DNA of 32,510 nt from Octopus bimaculoides. Taxonomy: Eukaryota. A program made the translations under genes and the position numbers. The notes under the pieces are model-generated. The model was given only the letters and a program-made list of their open reading frames with translations, had not been told where the DNA came from and did no database searches. The stretch covers positions 2,060,230 through 2,092,739 of the forward strand of contig NC_069007.1 in assembly GCF_001194135.2 (NCBI RefSeq), in the 5' to 3' direction. This document shows, one piece after another, positions 11,330 through 21,660 of the stretch (position 1 is its first letter; every line of letters begins with the position of its first letter).

Positions 11330-11402
11330 TAGGCACGGCTGTCGGTTAAGAAGATCGATTATCAACCGCGTACGTGAATTAGCCCTCAGTCTGATTGGGC
11401 GT
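11330..11402 (+). mobile_element. Degraded family B SINE head
   Basis: AGGCACGGCTGTCGGTTAAGAAG..CAACC resembles the B head (GCATGGCTGTGTTGTTAAG at 30607). Confidence 0.4.
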
Positions 11403-11499
11403 CTAAAACCCCAGAGAGAGAGCAATGCCGTTGCGTACATTTAGCAGAAGGAAAAACAGAAGTGTTTTATATGTGTCTGTCTGTTTGTCTCTTTCTCTC

Positions 11500-11536
<37 letters not shown>

Positions 11537-12269
11537 ATATATATCAAAATAAGCAATACGGGTTTTAAAGATGATTGCAGTACGCACGTTTCATGCTATT
11601 CCATTTATTTAAGTAATGTAAGCATTGCATTAAATGTGCAATATGTAGAGCAATCTTCAGCTGCACAGAAATGTAGAAAATTACAGTAGAATAGACATAT
11701 TATAATTGTGGCAACATTTAAAATCCAAGTGGGAAGAAGAATACATAAAAATCCATCTTGACATAGCCAAGGCTAGCAGGCTAGTAATTAGTTTCAGGTT
11801 ATATATATATATATATGTATAAAGTAAATATGTGAAGGATATTATTACTGTTAAAAACAGTAATAATGATGTGGCTAGCAAGACTTCTACCTAAACCGAT
11901 ATAATATAAAAATCCGATCAATTCTACGATAAATACAAACACAAGCAATGAAATGAATATTTTAAAAACTTGGCCTGCCTTCAGGATGGAATGTGAAGGC
12001 AGTTGAATACATATCCCAATATCAACTGATTTCATGGTGTGCATGAGAAACATGCTTTGCGATCCTCATTTAGAGACGGTATTTAACATCTATTTCTAAA
12101 ATATTCATGACATCGACTCGTGTGCGTTTCTAACTTTAAACATCCCGCTCCGTTTAAAGAAAGGGTTTTAATCAAAGAAATTTTAATTCTATTATTCTGT
12201 ACAATAATATTTAATTAGTTTAAATGTACACAAATGTACCTCAACATTTTTTTAAAAAAATGCGGGTGC

Positions 12270-12350
12270 TGCTACAAATGAGAATCGAACCCACACCTTC
12301 GACATTGGTGTCAAGTTTGCAAAACGTTTACACCAACCTATCTACTCGCT
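12270..12350 (-). pseudogene. Degenerate tRNA-like sequence (tRNA pseudogene or SINE head)
   Basis: The reverse complement has A-box-like TAGATAGGTTGGT, a T-arm GTGGG-TTCGATT-CTCAT and a T7 run about 10 nt downstream. D and anticodon arms and the acceptor stem are non-canonical. Confidence 0.35.
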
Positions 12351-12715
12351 CCTTCCCGTTTGGTGTAGGAGCTATAATTTCATAATGTTGTTTTTAAACA
12401 AAGAAACGCGTGTTTATTCTACGTTAAATGGAGAGGCGTTGATCCATGGAATTATAGCTCTTAAATCTAAACCAAAAGTGAGTGGCGAGGTTGATGTAAA
12501 TTACACCGTGTAATCAGTTTGCACACTTTTCACTAATGCGTGGGAACACCTTTATTTTTTTCTATAACACTTTTCCCGTTACACACATACCACTTTCTGT
12601 ATTTGCCAATCTACTACTGTGAATAAAGTAGGTGTAAATGACTTCATTGCAATATTTGTACTAATTGTTATTAAAAGTTTGGCAGCTTTAATGAAGTACA
12701 GCTTATCAGAGTACA

Positions 12716-12888
12716 TATTGGTTTCTTAATTTTCGACACAAGACTTCCAATTCCAAGTCCGGTTTCATCGACGCCAATGCTCAACTGCTGCTTATTTTTC
12801 TCAACCCCGAAATCATGAAAGGCGGAATTTGAACATGGAAAGGGAGCTAAGCATTTTGGCCTGTGCGTTAAGGATTCTGCTTGTTCGT
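12716..12888 (-). mobile_element. Family A SINE with internal deletions
   Basis: CATCGACGCCAATGCTCAACTG, CCCCGAAATCATGAAAGGCGGAATTTGAAC and CTAAGCATTT..GATTCTGC motifs. Confidence 0.7.
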
Positions 12889-12910
12889 GAACATATCAAA
12901 CACTGTTCTA

Positions 12911-13097
12911 AAGCGATGATCTAGCTACTAGAACAAAAAGATTAGAAGTTTCCGGCTTTATGTTCTGGGTTCAAATTACGCTGAGGGCGACATTCCCCTT
13001 CAATCTTACCGAGGTTAATAACATGATGAAACTCCACCAAGAAAGCCGATGTAACCCCCGAATTATTCAAGCGTTGTGCCTATTGCTGAAAGAATAT
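12911..13097 (+). mobile_element. Family A SINE, old copy
   Basis: TATGTTCTGGGTTCAAATTACGCTGAGGGCGAC (B-box region), CGATGTAAC and TTGTGCCTA 3' motifs. Confidence 0.7.
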
Positions 13098-13098
13098 C

Positions 13099-13342
13099 AA
13101 ACATTGTTGTATTTGGGGATGGGCATGTTGCCAGTTTAGCCAATAAAAAAAAAACACGCGCTATATATTTGGTGTTCACTCGCTTCAGTTTTATTTTATA
13201 TTAATTGTATTTTGACCAGAATTCTTTCGTCATACCTCTGTGACCTCATCAGTGTCCCTTTGCTTTCTTCTTTCTTTTTTGTATGTCTCTCATTACTAAT
13301 GATCTGTGGCAACATGACCATCCCCAAATACAACAAATGTTT
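13099..13342. mobile_element. Element bounded by inverted repeats of about 35 bp, with a Penelope-like/hammerhead-like interior
   Basis: 13099-13133 AAACATTGTTGTATTTGGGGATGGGCATGTTGCCA versus the reverse complement of 13307-13342 differs by one mismatch and a 1-nt indel. Confidence 0.7.
13214..13257 (-). ncRNA. Degenerate type I hammerhead-ribozyme-like motif
   Basis: The reverse complement reads GGACA-CTGATGA-G-GTCA-cagaggta-TGAC-GAA-AGAATTCT-GGTC. It has both conserved core boxes, a 4-bp stem II and a palindromic stem III region. There is one extra G and the cleavage triplet is ambiguous. Confidence 0.4.
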
Positions 13343-14463
13343 CAACACACGAATTCACATCTAGAATCTTTCAAAACGAATATATAAACGTAATATTAAA
13401 CATTGTTCTACTTATAATGTGTATCGTGTATTTATGTGCATAAACGTTCAATTGCTCCCAGATATCAAAGAAATTAAATGTATCTCGTTATTACTGAAAT
13501 CCAATTACCATCATGCGAGCAGTGATATGATGAAAGATTATCCAATTTTGACAATGCACGTCAGATTTGTGCGATCGGAGCTACAATCGAAATTGTTACA
13601 GCTTTGACCAACTTTTCCATTTATTTTTCAGAGACGTTTACGCTCAATGTGAAATTGAGTTAAATCTTAACTTCCAATAAAGAAAACGAATTTTCGCTAT
13701 GCAAAAATTACATACCGCCAGCAATTAACATGTACGTATCAGTTACCAAGAATGCGCTTGATGTGTACAATTGGTACATTTTATTGTGTTACATCGCTAA
13801 ATTCAATTTTTTTGTTATTTTGGCAATGTTTTCGGCGAAGGTGAATGGATTGGATTCGGTGCTAAAGAAGGAACAATAAATTCTGAAATATGAATATGCA
13901 CTCATTCCTAGATTTTATATTTTTGATCGCATTGTTTAGATAGTCGTATTCGTATAAGAAACGTCGTAACTTTCAGTGTTGGCTCTAATTTCTATAGGAA
14001 ATCTGTAGAGATAACCTTAAAAGTATTCCTTCAAATAAGGTAGGTGAGGCTTGATGGAAATGTTACTATTATTTCAAATATGGCAAACTATTACGGGGTT
14101 ATCTCCAATTATTTGATGTTCGTAGAGTAACTCGGCCTACCCGTGTTTCAATCGGTAAAAATCACTGGATCATTTTACATCACATAACCTAAATATAATA
14201 ATTAGAACTTTTATTTGTCTAAAGCTGTGAGAAAGTTTTGCTGCTGCTACAGATGGCAGGCTAATTATCTTTCTATTGATCTACAAATCCAACACACAAC
14301 TGAATATAGTAGTTAGACTGTATACGACATGATACGATATAATACATACAAACATACACTTATTCACACACACACACACACTCACACAAATACACACGCA
14401 TGCATAACTTTATATATATAATATATATAGATGTCTGCGTGTATATATATATATTTATATATA

Positions 14464-14497
<34 letters not shown>

Positions 14498-14550
14498 CGT
14501 GTATATATATATATTTATATATATATTTATATATATATATATATATATAT

Positions 14551-14850
14551 NNNNNNNNNNNNNNNNNNNNNNNNNNNNNNNNNNNNNNNNNNNNNNNNNN
14601 NNNNNNNNNNNNNNNNNNNNNNNNNNNNNNNNNNNNNNNNNNNNNNNNNNNNNNNNNNNNNNNNNNNNNNNNNNNNNNNNNNNNNNNNNNNNNNNNNNNN
14701 NNNNNNNNNNNNNNNNNNNNNNNNNNNNNNNNNNNNNNNNNNNNNNNNNNNNNNNNNNNNNNNNNNNNNNNNNNNNNNNNNNNNNNNNNNNNNNNNNNNN
14801 NNNNNNNNNNNNNNNNNNNNNNNNNNNNNNNNNNNNNNNNNNNNNNNNNN
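14551..14850. other. Assembly gap (300 N) inside an (AT)n array
   Basis: N run flanked by AT repeats on both sides. Confidence 0.99.
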
Positions 14851-15786
14851 TATATATATATATACACGTACAGATATGTATGTAAATGTATATATATATA
14901 TATACGTGCGTGTGTGTGTGTGAATATCAGCGATAGTTTGTTGCTGGAAAAAGCATATAGTATTTTGCGAATGGAATGAGTTTTCATCACTAGCTGGTGA
15001 TTATCAGATGCTGAGGACGTGTAACTGCCCAGATGCACCGGGTTTGTGTGCATCACGATGATTTCCCCTTGCAAATATTAACCTGACACAGACGGTGTGT
15101 CGGTAGCCAGCTGCAGGAGATGTCTACCTTGGGCTAAACACAATAGTAATATCGTGCTCTATGTGACCGCTATATTTGGATGGCAAATATATTTTACGAT
15201 ATATGGTGGTAGTTTTCTTCTCCATGTGCAGAGTTTGACCACCGGTTAAATGACCTTGCTTAAATTACGCATTCCTCTCACTCCCTTATGTTGTTGTTTT
15301 TCTTTTTTCCTTGTTTTAATCCTTATTTGTTTCTACATTTATATTATCCAGTCCTATTCTGCTCTCTAAATAATCGGATTAAATCTTCCATTTGTTACGG
15401 TGTACCTTCTTGCGACAATGTAAACATTTCTTTAATCAAGATATTCTTGGCCTCAAGAGTAGCTTGCACCATACAACTCGCTTGATTGAATATTTAACAC
15501 TTCCGAGATTCCGGTCGCTATGAAACATACGTATCCGGATCTTGTCTGATCCATTCCTTAACTCTTGTATTCTAATCCACATACCCGACAACCCTAGTCG
15601 CCTACCGTAAAATATAAAAAGCAACCTTTTTCTCAGTTTATCATACTTTGATATGAAAAAAATCCCCAAACATTCGTCTCAATAAACCATTATTGTCCCT
15701 GAAAAGTTGTATTTTATATTTACTATGGTTGGCTTGAAGCTAACTTTCTTTCTACACCTCGATTCCTGGATTCTTTATATATATAT

Positions 15787-16062
15787 NNNNNNNNNNNNNN
15801 NNNNNNNNNNNNNNNNNNNNNNNNNNNNNNNNNNNNNNNNNNNNNNNNNNNNNNNNNNNNNNNNNNNNNNNNNNNNNNNNNNNNNNNNNNNNNNNNNNNN
15901 NNNNNNNNNNNNNNNNNNNNNNNNNNNNNNNNNNNNNNNNNNNNNNNNNNNNNNNNNNNNNNNNNNNNNNNNNNNNNNNNNNNNNNNNNNNNNNNNNNNN
16001 NNNNNNNNNNNNNNNNNNNNNNNNNNNNNNNNNNNNNNNNNNNNNNNNNNNNNNNNNNNNNN
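15787..16062. other. Assembly gap (276 N) inside an (AT)n array
   Basis: N run flanked by AT repeats on both sides. Confidence 0.99.
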
Positions 16063-16104
<42 letters not shown>

Positions 16105-16739
16105 TCGTTTTTTTTCTACGCTAGAGTATGCACGTGTGTGTGTGTGTGTGCATCATCTATGTCTGTGTTTGTGTACGAGAAACTATATGCTTACATAAAT
16201 ATTTCATAATGTACCTCTACGTGGATACGTATATAGCTTCAAATATTTATATTCAACAATATAAAAACATGGAAAACTTCTAAAATATTAGAAAAAAAAA
16301 GCCTGGTGTAATTATGTGTAGTTATATGTACATTTACGTGTTTGTGCATGTATGTATGTATGTATATACACATATATGTATACAAATTTATGCTTACATA
16401 CATATGTGTGTGTGTGTCTGTATTTGTCCGTACGTATAGCTTACCCTGTGAAAAACACATATCACGTGATATCTTTGTTTTCGAAACGTGTTTGCGCATT
16501 TTTTCAGAAAACTTGCATTACCCATTCTTTGAGCTTCCATATTCATAATGAAATTGTTAAAAACACAAGAAACACAAATTTATAGGAAAGGCAGCGCCAT
16601 AAAAAAATTATTACGTATTTATAAATATCATATATTTTCTCATTCTCATAGCACATTTTCTCGTTAATATCTGCACCATGTATCTGGATGTGGATTTATG
16701 GTGGAAATTTTACACAGCATTGTTCTCACTTCGAATTTT

Positions 16740-16766
16740 CCTGTAGATAATGTATATGCATATACA

Positions 16767-16799
<33 letters not shown>

Positions 16800-17033
16800 G
16801 CTTATACCTGTGTGCGTGTAGGAGAACATACTATTTACGCATTTACTGACGCTTACATATTCTGATATCGGATGTGTTAAAAGACAAACATTCTACAATG
16901 ATACAAATATATATATATATACATATATATATGTATGAATATAAACTCACATAAAATTTCACATATATGTTCATATCATATCTACGCATACATGCGTGCA
17001 TGCAAACAAGCAAGAATGCTTACCTTCATACAT

Positions 17034-17082
<49 letters not shown>

Positions 17083-17284
17083 TATATAGGTATATATATT
17101 ATAGAGAGCCACACAGGCACTTCTATGTGTGTGTGTGCATATATGCATCTACCAATATGCATCGTAACTGTGCGTATACTTGTACATATTTTTATACATA
17201 GCAATGTCATAGTTTTTAATGTAATCTCGATATGTGCGTAGCTATTTTTGGTTATAAACAACGCTATCTCAATACGATACACAC

Positions 17285-17331
<47 letters not shown>

Positions 17332-17375
17332 TATATATATATATATACATATATATATACGTACATACACACATA
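16740..17375. repeat. Cluster of compound (AT)n/(CA)n/(GT)n microsatellites
   Basis: Directly visible, interspersed with short unique segments. Confidence 0.85.
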
Positions 17376-18043
17376 AATGGAGATTTTTATTCAAGCATCT
17401 ATATCTAGTCTGTCATTTACGGAGTCGATAATCTAAAGTAAAATCTCCAGCTTTATTCGGGAGAAACTTCAAAGTAAAGAGAAGATAATCGTTTTTAATT
17501 TGGTGGAAATCATCGACCCAGTATTTCACTGGTATTTTAGTTTGATAGAACGATAGCCATGTATGTCTATGTATCTATTTGTCTACTCATTCATCTATCT
17601 CTTTATGGTTACCTGAGAGTAGATATTCTAAGAACTTCGTAATATGTTTGCAAGAAAGCAAAACAATATAAATATTCTCTTCTTCCTCAATTTCAAATTC
17701 AAGCATCTAATCCACCCAAATATTATGAAATTATTTCATATTTGAGTGTGCAGAAACTTGTTATAAATAAATGTACAAACCATTATTTTTTTTAAATCTC
17801 ATGATTTATAAGCTGATATTGTATTAATACCAGCTTGGCAGGCTTTTGTACACATTTGACGATCTCTATGAAGGATAAAAATTCCCTGTATTACTCAATG
17901 ATTTTAATTGAGTATACCCGTAGAATCCGCAAGACTGCGCAGCAACATCATCTTGTGTTGAGAGCTAAAAATAACGTTTACTTCTACAAATATACTAGCT
18001 GTAAGCACAAAACAATAAGTTTATCCCCACTGGTGTCTTCCAG

Positions 18044-18105
18044 ATTGATAGTCAAATGAAATACACACGCTGCACCCCACCCAGAGCGCAGTCGCCAGTC
18101 CAAAG
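18044..18105 (+). CDS. Candidate small exon (IDSQMKYTRCTPPRAQSPVQ)
   Basis: Acceptor GGTGTCTTCCAG|AT and donor CAAAG|GTAACA bound 62 nt. Only phase 0 is open, and the segment is GC-richer than its flanks. No homology recognised. Confidence 0.2.
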
Positions 18106-18571
18106 GTAACAACTTCGATTCACAATCATCAATACTCAACCTAGAGGATATAGCAATTTTTGTCTAGGAAGGAGCCAAAGATATTTTCAGAATAGCGCTA
18201 TAAACTATTGCCTAATACAAAAGCGAAGATAATTTACATCAATTCTCGTTGCGTAAATAACATTTTCCTGGGATTTTAATTAGTTTATTGCTTACAGTTC
18301 AATTATTTCTTGGGATGAATTCTTGAATGTTCCTGTTCCAAGAGTAATTGAGTTGGTTGCATTGACCATGCAAACACGCACGCACGCAGAAACGTCAGGT
18401 AATTCCTGCTATTGAAATCCACACGTTATTAAGCAATTTTGTCTCATATTAACCTCCAATTATTAATGTCACGATAAGCAAAGGTGTTCAACCTCTGCTG
18501 AAGTAAAAGAAAGTTACAAAGCGTAGCTAAATATCATATCTTTTATCTTTTGTCCTTTATTCCTTTCTGCC

Positions 18572-19247
18572 ATTTTGCTGTGGCCATGGTGGGCTACCGC
18601 ACTGAAGGATCTTTACTCGAATGAATCAACCCAGTTACATATTTTTTAAGCCTTGTATTTTTTCTAGAGCTCTCTTTTGCCGAATCGCTAAGTTACGCGG
18701 ACGTAAGCACACCTATACCAGTTGTGATGTGTTGGTATTTGTGGAGGGGACTTTGTTGTTGGCACTCCGTCGCTTACGACGTCGAGAGTTCCAGTTGATC
18801 CGATCAACGGAACAGCCTGCTCGTGAAATTAACGTGCAAGTGGCTGAACACTCCACAGACACGTGTTCTCGGGGATATTCAGCGTGACACTGTGTGACAA
18901 GGCTGACCTTTTGAATTACAGGCACAACAGAAACAGGAAGAAAGAGTGAGAGAAAGTTGTGGTGAAAGAGTACAGCAGGGTTCGCCACCATCCCCTGCCG
19001 GAGCCTCGTGGAGCTCTAGGTGTTTTCGCTCAATAAACACTCACAACGCCCGGTCTGGGAATCGAAACTGCGATCCTATGACCGCGAGTCCGCTGCCCAA
19101 ACCACTGGGCCTAACACAGGCACAAACACAAGGTTTTGGTCGGCGCGAAGCTATAGCAGAAGATACTTGCCCAAGGTGCCACGTAGTGGGATTCAATACA
19201 AAACCATGAAGTTGGGAAGCAAATTTCTTATCAGAGCCACATGTGCG
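18572..19247 (-). mobile_element. Family B SINE split by a nested family D insertion (B parts 18572-18751 and 19112-19247)
   Basis: The left part has the B 3' half (TGTGGCCATGG..CTCTTTTGCCGAATCGCTAAGTTACG). The right part has the B head (GATACTTGCCCAAGGTGCCACGTAGTGGG). The ends GGGGAC|TAACACAGGCACAAAC rejoin into B-like sequence. Confidence 0.75.
18752..19111 (-). mobile_element. tRNA-derived SINE, family D (apparently younger)
   Basis: The reverse complement starts GGCCCAGTGGTTTGGGCAGCGGACTCGCGGTCATAGGATCGCAGTTTCGATTCCCAGACCGGG (A and B boxes, tRNA-like) and ends GACGGAGTGCCAACAACAAA with an (AAC)n-type tail. It is GC-richer than its surroundings. Confidence 0.85.
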
Positions 19248-19355
19248 ACAGGTGAGCTACGAAATACAGAAAAGCTTTAACAGATTTTAGAAACGATCTC
19301 AACTCTAATCGTGATTTCATCTTTGAAAGAGTCGTGTAGTTTCAGGTTCGCTTAC

Positions 19356-19490
19356 CTTAGATTCGTTACAGATATATATTTCCCCAGTGAGACATAAAGG
19401 AGTTTCTTCCATATTTGAGCATATGTCGACTTTAAAAATGGTGACTTCAGCAGCAAATACTCCCAGAATGTCTGTTGTATTGCACATTAT
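19356..19490 (-). CDS. Candidate symmetric exon (IMCNTTDILGVFAAEVTIFKVDICSNMEETPLCLTGEIYICNESK)
   Basis: Consensus donor CTAAG|GTAAGC and a weaker acceptor CTGTGAATAG|AT bound 135 nt, phase 0-0 and open. No homology recognised. Confidence 0.25.
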
Positions 19491-20024
19491 CTATTCACAG
19501 TGGAATCGAATTCACTTTAATCACGCCTTTAAAAGCGGAATACGGAAGGTTTTACTCCCATCAAACATTTAATTTCCTTAGCATTGACAAATATACAAGC
19601 ATGTGCATAAAACAAAATGCAAAAACAAAGAAAAGAAAATAGACCCTGACTGTATACATATAGCAGTGTGCATTTGAGAGAGGGTATATACGAGTGTGTC
19701 TGTGTGTGTGTGTGTTTGTGTGCCTGTGTGTGTGTCCTTATTTGTGCATATCTCATTGTATGTGTTTTTATATTTCGTAATGCGACATATTTATGCTTTT
19801 TATTTATTTATTTTGGCAGAATGAAAGCCGATCGTCAAATGTGTGAAAACCCTTTCTTGAAGTGAAAACATCCGTTGCGATTTGTAAACCAGAGGTGTTA
19901 GAGTGTGCCATAAGGTATACAAATGTATAGGTATACGTATGGCTAACCTTGCACCAAGACGATGGAAGCGTATGCCACATTTTTGCAAAAGTATGTTTTA
20001 CTAATGCTGTTAGGTATGCGTTCG

Positions 20025-20154
20025 CATGTGATCGACGTGATAGAGACGCTGCGTATAAGAAACTCATATGGAAATGACCAGGAATGTTTCATAAATGTTC
20101 AGTCTACCACAAATCCATTAAACACACACACACACACACACATGTTTGCGTGTG

Positions 20155-20192
<38 letters not shown>

Positions 20193-20287
20193 ACTGCATT
20201 TTTGGTAGACTGAACATTTATGAAACATTCGTAGGATTTTCCATGTGAGTTTCCTATGCTGAGCATATCTAGCACATCCACCATATG
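20025..20287. repeat. Long fold-back palindrome
   Basis: Gapless 85-bp arms (20025-20109 and 20203-20287) are 68/85 identical as inverted repeats, with the inner 28 bp perfect. Pairing continues through (CA)n/(TG)n. Confidence 0.9.
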
Positions 20288-20372
20288 ACACAATTCCTCT
20301 GATTCAAACAAGGTTAAGTGAAACTGTGCTGAAATTCATCTCATTGTCCATGCCTTGTTTGTGTTGCTTGCT

Positions 20373-20850
20373 AAGGTGGCGAGCTTGCAAAATCATTAAA
20401 ACGCCGAGCAAAATCATTAAAACGCCGAGCAAAATCATTAAAACGCCGAGCAAAATCATTAAAACGCCGAGCAAAATTATTCAAACGCCGAGCAAAATCA
20501 TTCAAACGCCGAGCAAAATCATTAAAACGCCGAGCAAAATCATTAAAACGCTGAGCAAAATCATTAAAACGCCGAGCAAAATCATTCAAACGCTGAGCAA
20601 AATCATTAAAACGCCGAGCAAAATCATTAAAACGCCGAGCAAAATCATTAAAACGCTGAGCAAAATCATTAAAACGCCGAGCAAAATGCTTAGCTCTATT
20701 GCGTGCGTTTTTACGTTCTGAGTTGAAAATTCACTGAGGGCGACTTTGCCTTTCATCATTTCGATCTCGATAAAAAAAAAGTGTACCACTTGAGTACTGG
20801 GGTCACTACTTCCGCAATTGCTGTCTTGTGCCAAAATTTGGAGCCATTAT
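20373..20850 (+). mobile_element. Family A SINE carrying an internal minisatellite expansion
   Basis: The head AAGGTGGCGAGCTTGC precedes the array. AAAATGCTTAGC..TTACGTTCTGAGTTGAAAATTC..GACTTTGCCTTTCATC..GAGTACTGGGGTC..CTTGTGCCAAAATTTG follows it. Confidence 0.9.
20389..20682 (+). repeat. Minisatellite, 14 x 21 bp (AAAATCATTAAAACGCCGAGC)
   Basis: 14 exact-length units. Variants are TTC for TTA (3 units), CTG for CCG (3 units) and one ATT for ATC. Confidence 0.97.
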
Positions 20851-21660
20851 GTCGTATAAAACTCCTTCGAAACAGTGCTCGTTAGATATCTTCTGATTTC
20901 CACTTTACTGAAAGCATATTCACTAAGCCTCGAGTTTTTAAATATTTTTTCTTTCCTTTCTCTTAGCATTACACTGAAGATCAGGGAAAACTCCACGAAG
21001 ATTTTCCTACATCCTCTGAGAAATCCCTGACAAAATTTGTGACTAATTATTCACATAATACTATGTTTTTATGAGTTCATATATTGCAAGTACTAAGCTG
21101 TATTTTCAATTATCAAAACGCTGAACTGCTGAGGTCAATGAGATCAATTTGCCTACCGATCACCGCCAACCATAAAATATAATATCTGTTAATACGAATA
21201 CGGATTTAATCTAGTATACACATAACCACAAAACCGTATTGATCGTATCAGTTTAAAGATCAATATAATTAACTATCAAGAAAGATGTCCGCTATATACA
21301 GTGCAACGCCAAGCTCTATACACCAATGGTTATGTGGTGAGGAATATTTGGTTGGCAACAATGTGACATGGGATTCGAACACCTGGTAGTGAAAAGATTA
21401 ATGAAACTGATTTAGTGGAACGAATATCAGTGGAATCAAATCCTAGATATACCTTTCTTTTAATGTCAGGCCTAATCTGATTTGAGTTTCATCGCCTGAC
21501 CTTTGATGTCTTTTTCGAGAAGTAATCGAAGTGGTAGGTATCAATCAAAAGAATGCAAAACTGTGTCAGAATTTGGAAAAGTCGGTGGTCTTGTACCTTG
21601 GCGTTTTGGTGCACTGGACGGATTGTCCTCTTACGATGCTTAGTCTGCTTTGACCTGCAT

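Noticed and set aside
11189-11440. 83-aa minus-strand ORF
   Set aside because: Its first part is an antisense SINE head, and the remainder has no recognisable homology or splice support.
14925-14995. Minus-strand C box (GTGATGA) and D box (CTGA) suggesting a C/D snoRNA
   Set aside because: There is no terminal stem and no recognisable rRNA-complementary guide.
14382-15074. Longest listed ORF (230 aa)
   Set aside because: It spans a 300-N gap and AT repeats.
16459-16472. 14-bp palindrome ATATCACGTGATAT containing an E-box
   Set aside because: Too short to distinguish from chance in 32 kb of AT-rich DNA.
20389-20682. CRISPR-like appearance of the regular array
   Set aside because: The units are contiguous with no spacers, the context is eukaryotic, and there are no cas genes.
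20326-20721. 131-aa KIIKTPS-repeat ORF as a real protein
   Set aside because: It lies wholly within a SINE, and the openness follows from the 21-bp unit length. The opposite strand is open too.
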